This document shows, in pieces, positions 62,353 to 64,000 of a stretch of 64,000 nucleotides of DNA. A program made the position numbers and the translations under genes. The notes under the pieces were generated by a model. That model saw only the letters and a program-made list of their open reading frames with translations. It did not search any database and was not told the origin of the DNA. The stretch covers positions 3,409 to 67,408 of the forward strand of contig CAYJFU010000001.1 of the NCBI GenBank assembly GCA_964369445.1, in the 5' to 3' direction. The stretch's first letter is position 1, and each line of letters opens with the position of its first letter. This stretch comes from an uncultured Oscillospiraceae bacterium (GTDB lineage: Bacteria > Bacillota > Clostridia > Oscillospirales > Ruminococcaceae).

Positions 62353-62507
62353 AGATATATCGATATTATGCCATTTTTGAGTAATTCATGCCGTTATACA
62401 CACCTATTTTAACAAATCTATTGTTTTATTAGTATATAAGTAGTACAATTAGCTTATTGATAATGAATATCAACAATTCGGGTGAAATTCCTGTCGCATT
62501 TGTTACA

Positions 62508-62552
62508 CTTTTGATTGCATCCCCCGCCGGTGGTGTGGGAAGCAATCAAAAG
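62508..62552. repeat. Family B hairpin (B17) with a conserved tail module (to ~62590)
   Basis: cttttgattgcatcc-cccgccggtggtgtg-ggaagcaatcaaaag, then gacatcatttttttgtatAAACTGACAATGATTTT. It sits between a canonical terminator and the gnd RBS. Confidence 0.65.
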
Positions 62553-62600
62553 GACATCATTTTTTTGTATAAACTGACAATGATTTTTAGGAGAATTATC

Positions 62601-64000
62601 ATGAAAAAAGCAGATATAGGTGTTATCGGTCTTGCGGTTATGGGCGAAAATCTTGTTTTAAATATGGAGTCAAAGGGCTTTACTGTTGCTGTGTACAACA
62701 GGACTTACGCCAAAGTTGAGCACTTTTTACATGGCAGGGCGAGCGGTAAAAACATCGTCGGCTGTGCGACGCTTGCCGATTTTGTCTCCGGTATAGAAAA
62801 GCCGCGCAAGATCATGATGATGGTCAAAGCCGGTAGTGCGGTTGATACGCTTATCGACAGCCTGCTGGAGCTTACCGACGAGGGTGATATCATCATTGAC
62901 GGCGGCAATAGCAACTTTACCGACACGATAAGGCGTACAGCTTATGTGGAGCAAAAAGGTCGATTGTACGTCGGGTGTGGTGTCTCCGGCGGTGAAGAGG
63001 GCGCGTTAAACGGGCCGTCACTTATGCCGGGTGGGTCGCGCGGTGCGTGGGAGGCTGTAAAACCGATAATGCACGCTATCTGCGCCAAGGTCGAGGACGG
63101 CACCCCGTGCTGTGACTGGGTCGGCTCAGACGGTGCAGGGCACTTTGTAAAGATGGTTCACAACGGCATCGAGTACGGCGACATGCAACTTATCTGCGAA
63201 GCGTACCAGCTCATGCGCGTCCTGCTCGGCATGTCAGCGGCAGATATGCAACCGATTTTCGAGCAGTGGAACAAAGGGGAGCTGGACAGCTATCTCATTG
63301 AGATAACCGCTAATATTTTGGGGCATGTAGAGCCAAACGGCACCCCGACAGTTGATATTATACTTGACCGCGCCGGACAAAAGGGAACCGGCAAATGGAC
63401 GGTTATAAATGCTTTAGACGAGGGCGAACCGCTGACGCTCATCGGTGAATCGGTGTTTGCGCGGTGCCTGTCAGCGCTGAAAGAAGAGCGTGTGGCGGCA
63501 AGCGGCTTGTTTTCCGTTGAAAAAGTGTCGTTTGACGGCGATAAACAGGCGTTTATTGAGGATATCCGCGCGGCACTGCTTGTTTCAAAAATAATGTCGT
63601 ATGCTCAAGGTTATTCGCTAATGCGCGCGGCGGCGGCAACGCACGATTGGGATTTGCAATACGGCGAAATAGCGCTTATGTGGCGTGGCGGATGCATAAT
63701 ACGCTCGGCATTTTTGGGCAAAATACGTGAAGCTTTCGCAAAAAACCCTGCGCTTGTCAACCTGATACTTGACCCGTATTTTGCCGACGTCATCAAGCGA
63801 GCCGTGCCGGCATGGCGCAACGTCGTTGCCACCGCGGCACAGCACGGCGTGGCGGTGCCCGCCATGAGCGCCGCACTCTGCTACTTTGACGGCTACACCA
63901 CTGCTTCACTTCCGGCTAATCTTTTACAGGCTCAGCGTGACTACTTCGGCGCACACACATACGAGCGCACCGACAAAGCGTCCGGCGAGTTTTTCCACAC
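62601..64000 (+). CDS. gnd: 6-phosphogluconate dehydrogenase (decarboxylating); 3' end lies outside the window
   Basis: My own translation reads MKKADIGVIGLAVMGENLVLNMESKGF...DGGNSNF...GVSGGEEGA...GHFVKMVHNGIEYGDMQLI. The frame is open to nt 64000. Confidence 0.9.
   Translation, partial: MKKADIGVIGLAVMGENLVLNMESKGFTVAVYNRTYAKVEHFLHGRASGKNIVGCATLADFVSGIEKPRKIMMMVKAGSAVDTLIDSLLELTDEGDIIIDGGNSNFTDTIRRTAYVEQKGRLYVGCGVSGGEEGALNGPSLMPGGSRGAWEAVKPIMHAICAKVEDGTPCCDWVGSDGAGHFVKMVHNGIEYGDMQLICEAYQLMRVLLGMSAADMQPIFEQWNKGELDSYLIEITANILGHVEPNGTPTVDIILDRAGQKGTGKWTVINALDEGEPLTLIGESVFARCLSALKEERVAASGLFSVEKVSFDGDKQAFIEDIRAALLVSKIMSYAQGYSLMRAAAATHDWDLQYGEIALMWRGGCIIRSAFLGKIREAFAKNPALVNLILDPYFADVIKRAVPAWRNVVATAAQHGVAVPAMSAALCYFDGYTTASLPANLLQAQRDYFGAHTYERTDKASGEFFH

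Noticed and set aside
388-62552. The hairpin repeats as a CRISPR array or other regularly spaced repeat locus
   Set aside because: Copies are kilobases apart in separate intergenic regions and are not separated by uniform spacers. No cas genes are present.

Overview
This 64 kb window is a chromosomal segment of a spore-forming anaerobic Firmicute, probably Clostridia (Oscillospiraceae/Ruminococcaceae-like). The inference rests on gene content: spoIIP, ytfI/ytfJ, yaaT, a bifurcating-type [FeFe] hydrogenase and clostridial ferredoxins. All homology calls were made by eye from the supplied translations and from memory of protein families; nothing was searched or computed. I support about 72 protein-coding genes and found no rRNA, tRNA or CRISPR array. 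Main blocks: (1) a hydC-GHKL-2Fe2S-hydB-hydA hydrogenase operon (792-5819, minus strand). It diverges from a putative H2-sensing module (6026-9847) made of DRTGG, an RsbW-like kinase, a HydS-like hydrogenase paralog, a second DRTGG and a PHP protein. That module is split by a degraded HicB/HicA cassette. (2) Housekeeping genes: trmH-like, plsY, rsmE, alr, dnaD/dnaC-like, rmuC, rsmI, cls, ltaE, yaaT-holB-darA, deoD, hisHF-trmFO, thiN, spoIIP, scpAB, rluB and gnd. (3) A ferredoxin gene, an unusual XRE-cupin-acyl-CoA synthetase fusion and a formate/nitrite-family channel (22480-25934). (4) A DeoR-controlled sugar or polyol catabolic island (40808-53474) with two kinases, a class II aldolase, a TIM-barrel isomerase, a Zn-dehydrogenase, a CUT1-type ABC importer, a bicupin and a short OYE/Fe-S flavoenzyme. 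(5) A transcarboxylase-like 12S/1.3S/5S operon (59118-62278). The most striking feature not explained by genes is a dense, modular intergenic repeat network. It includes a MITE-like family with terminal inverted repeats and TA flanks; one copy demonstrably interrupts a hicA toxin gene, and another appears to supply the start codon of ltaE. It also includes a REP-like hairpin family with a conserved CCCCGCCG-NN-GGCGGGG apex (about 18 copies) and a composite ~130-150 bp element family. Four genes carry single-base frameshifts that a one-base insertion would repair, so homopolymer deletion errors in the assembly are a real possibility. This should temper any pseudogene interpretation.
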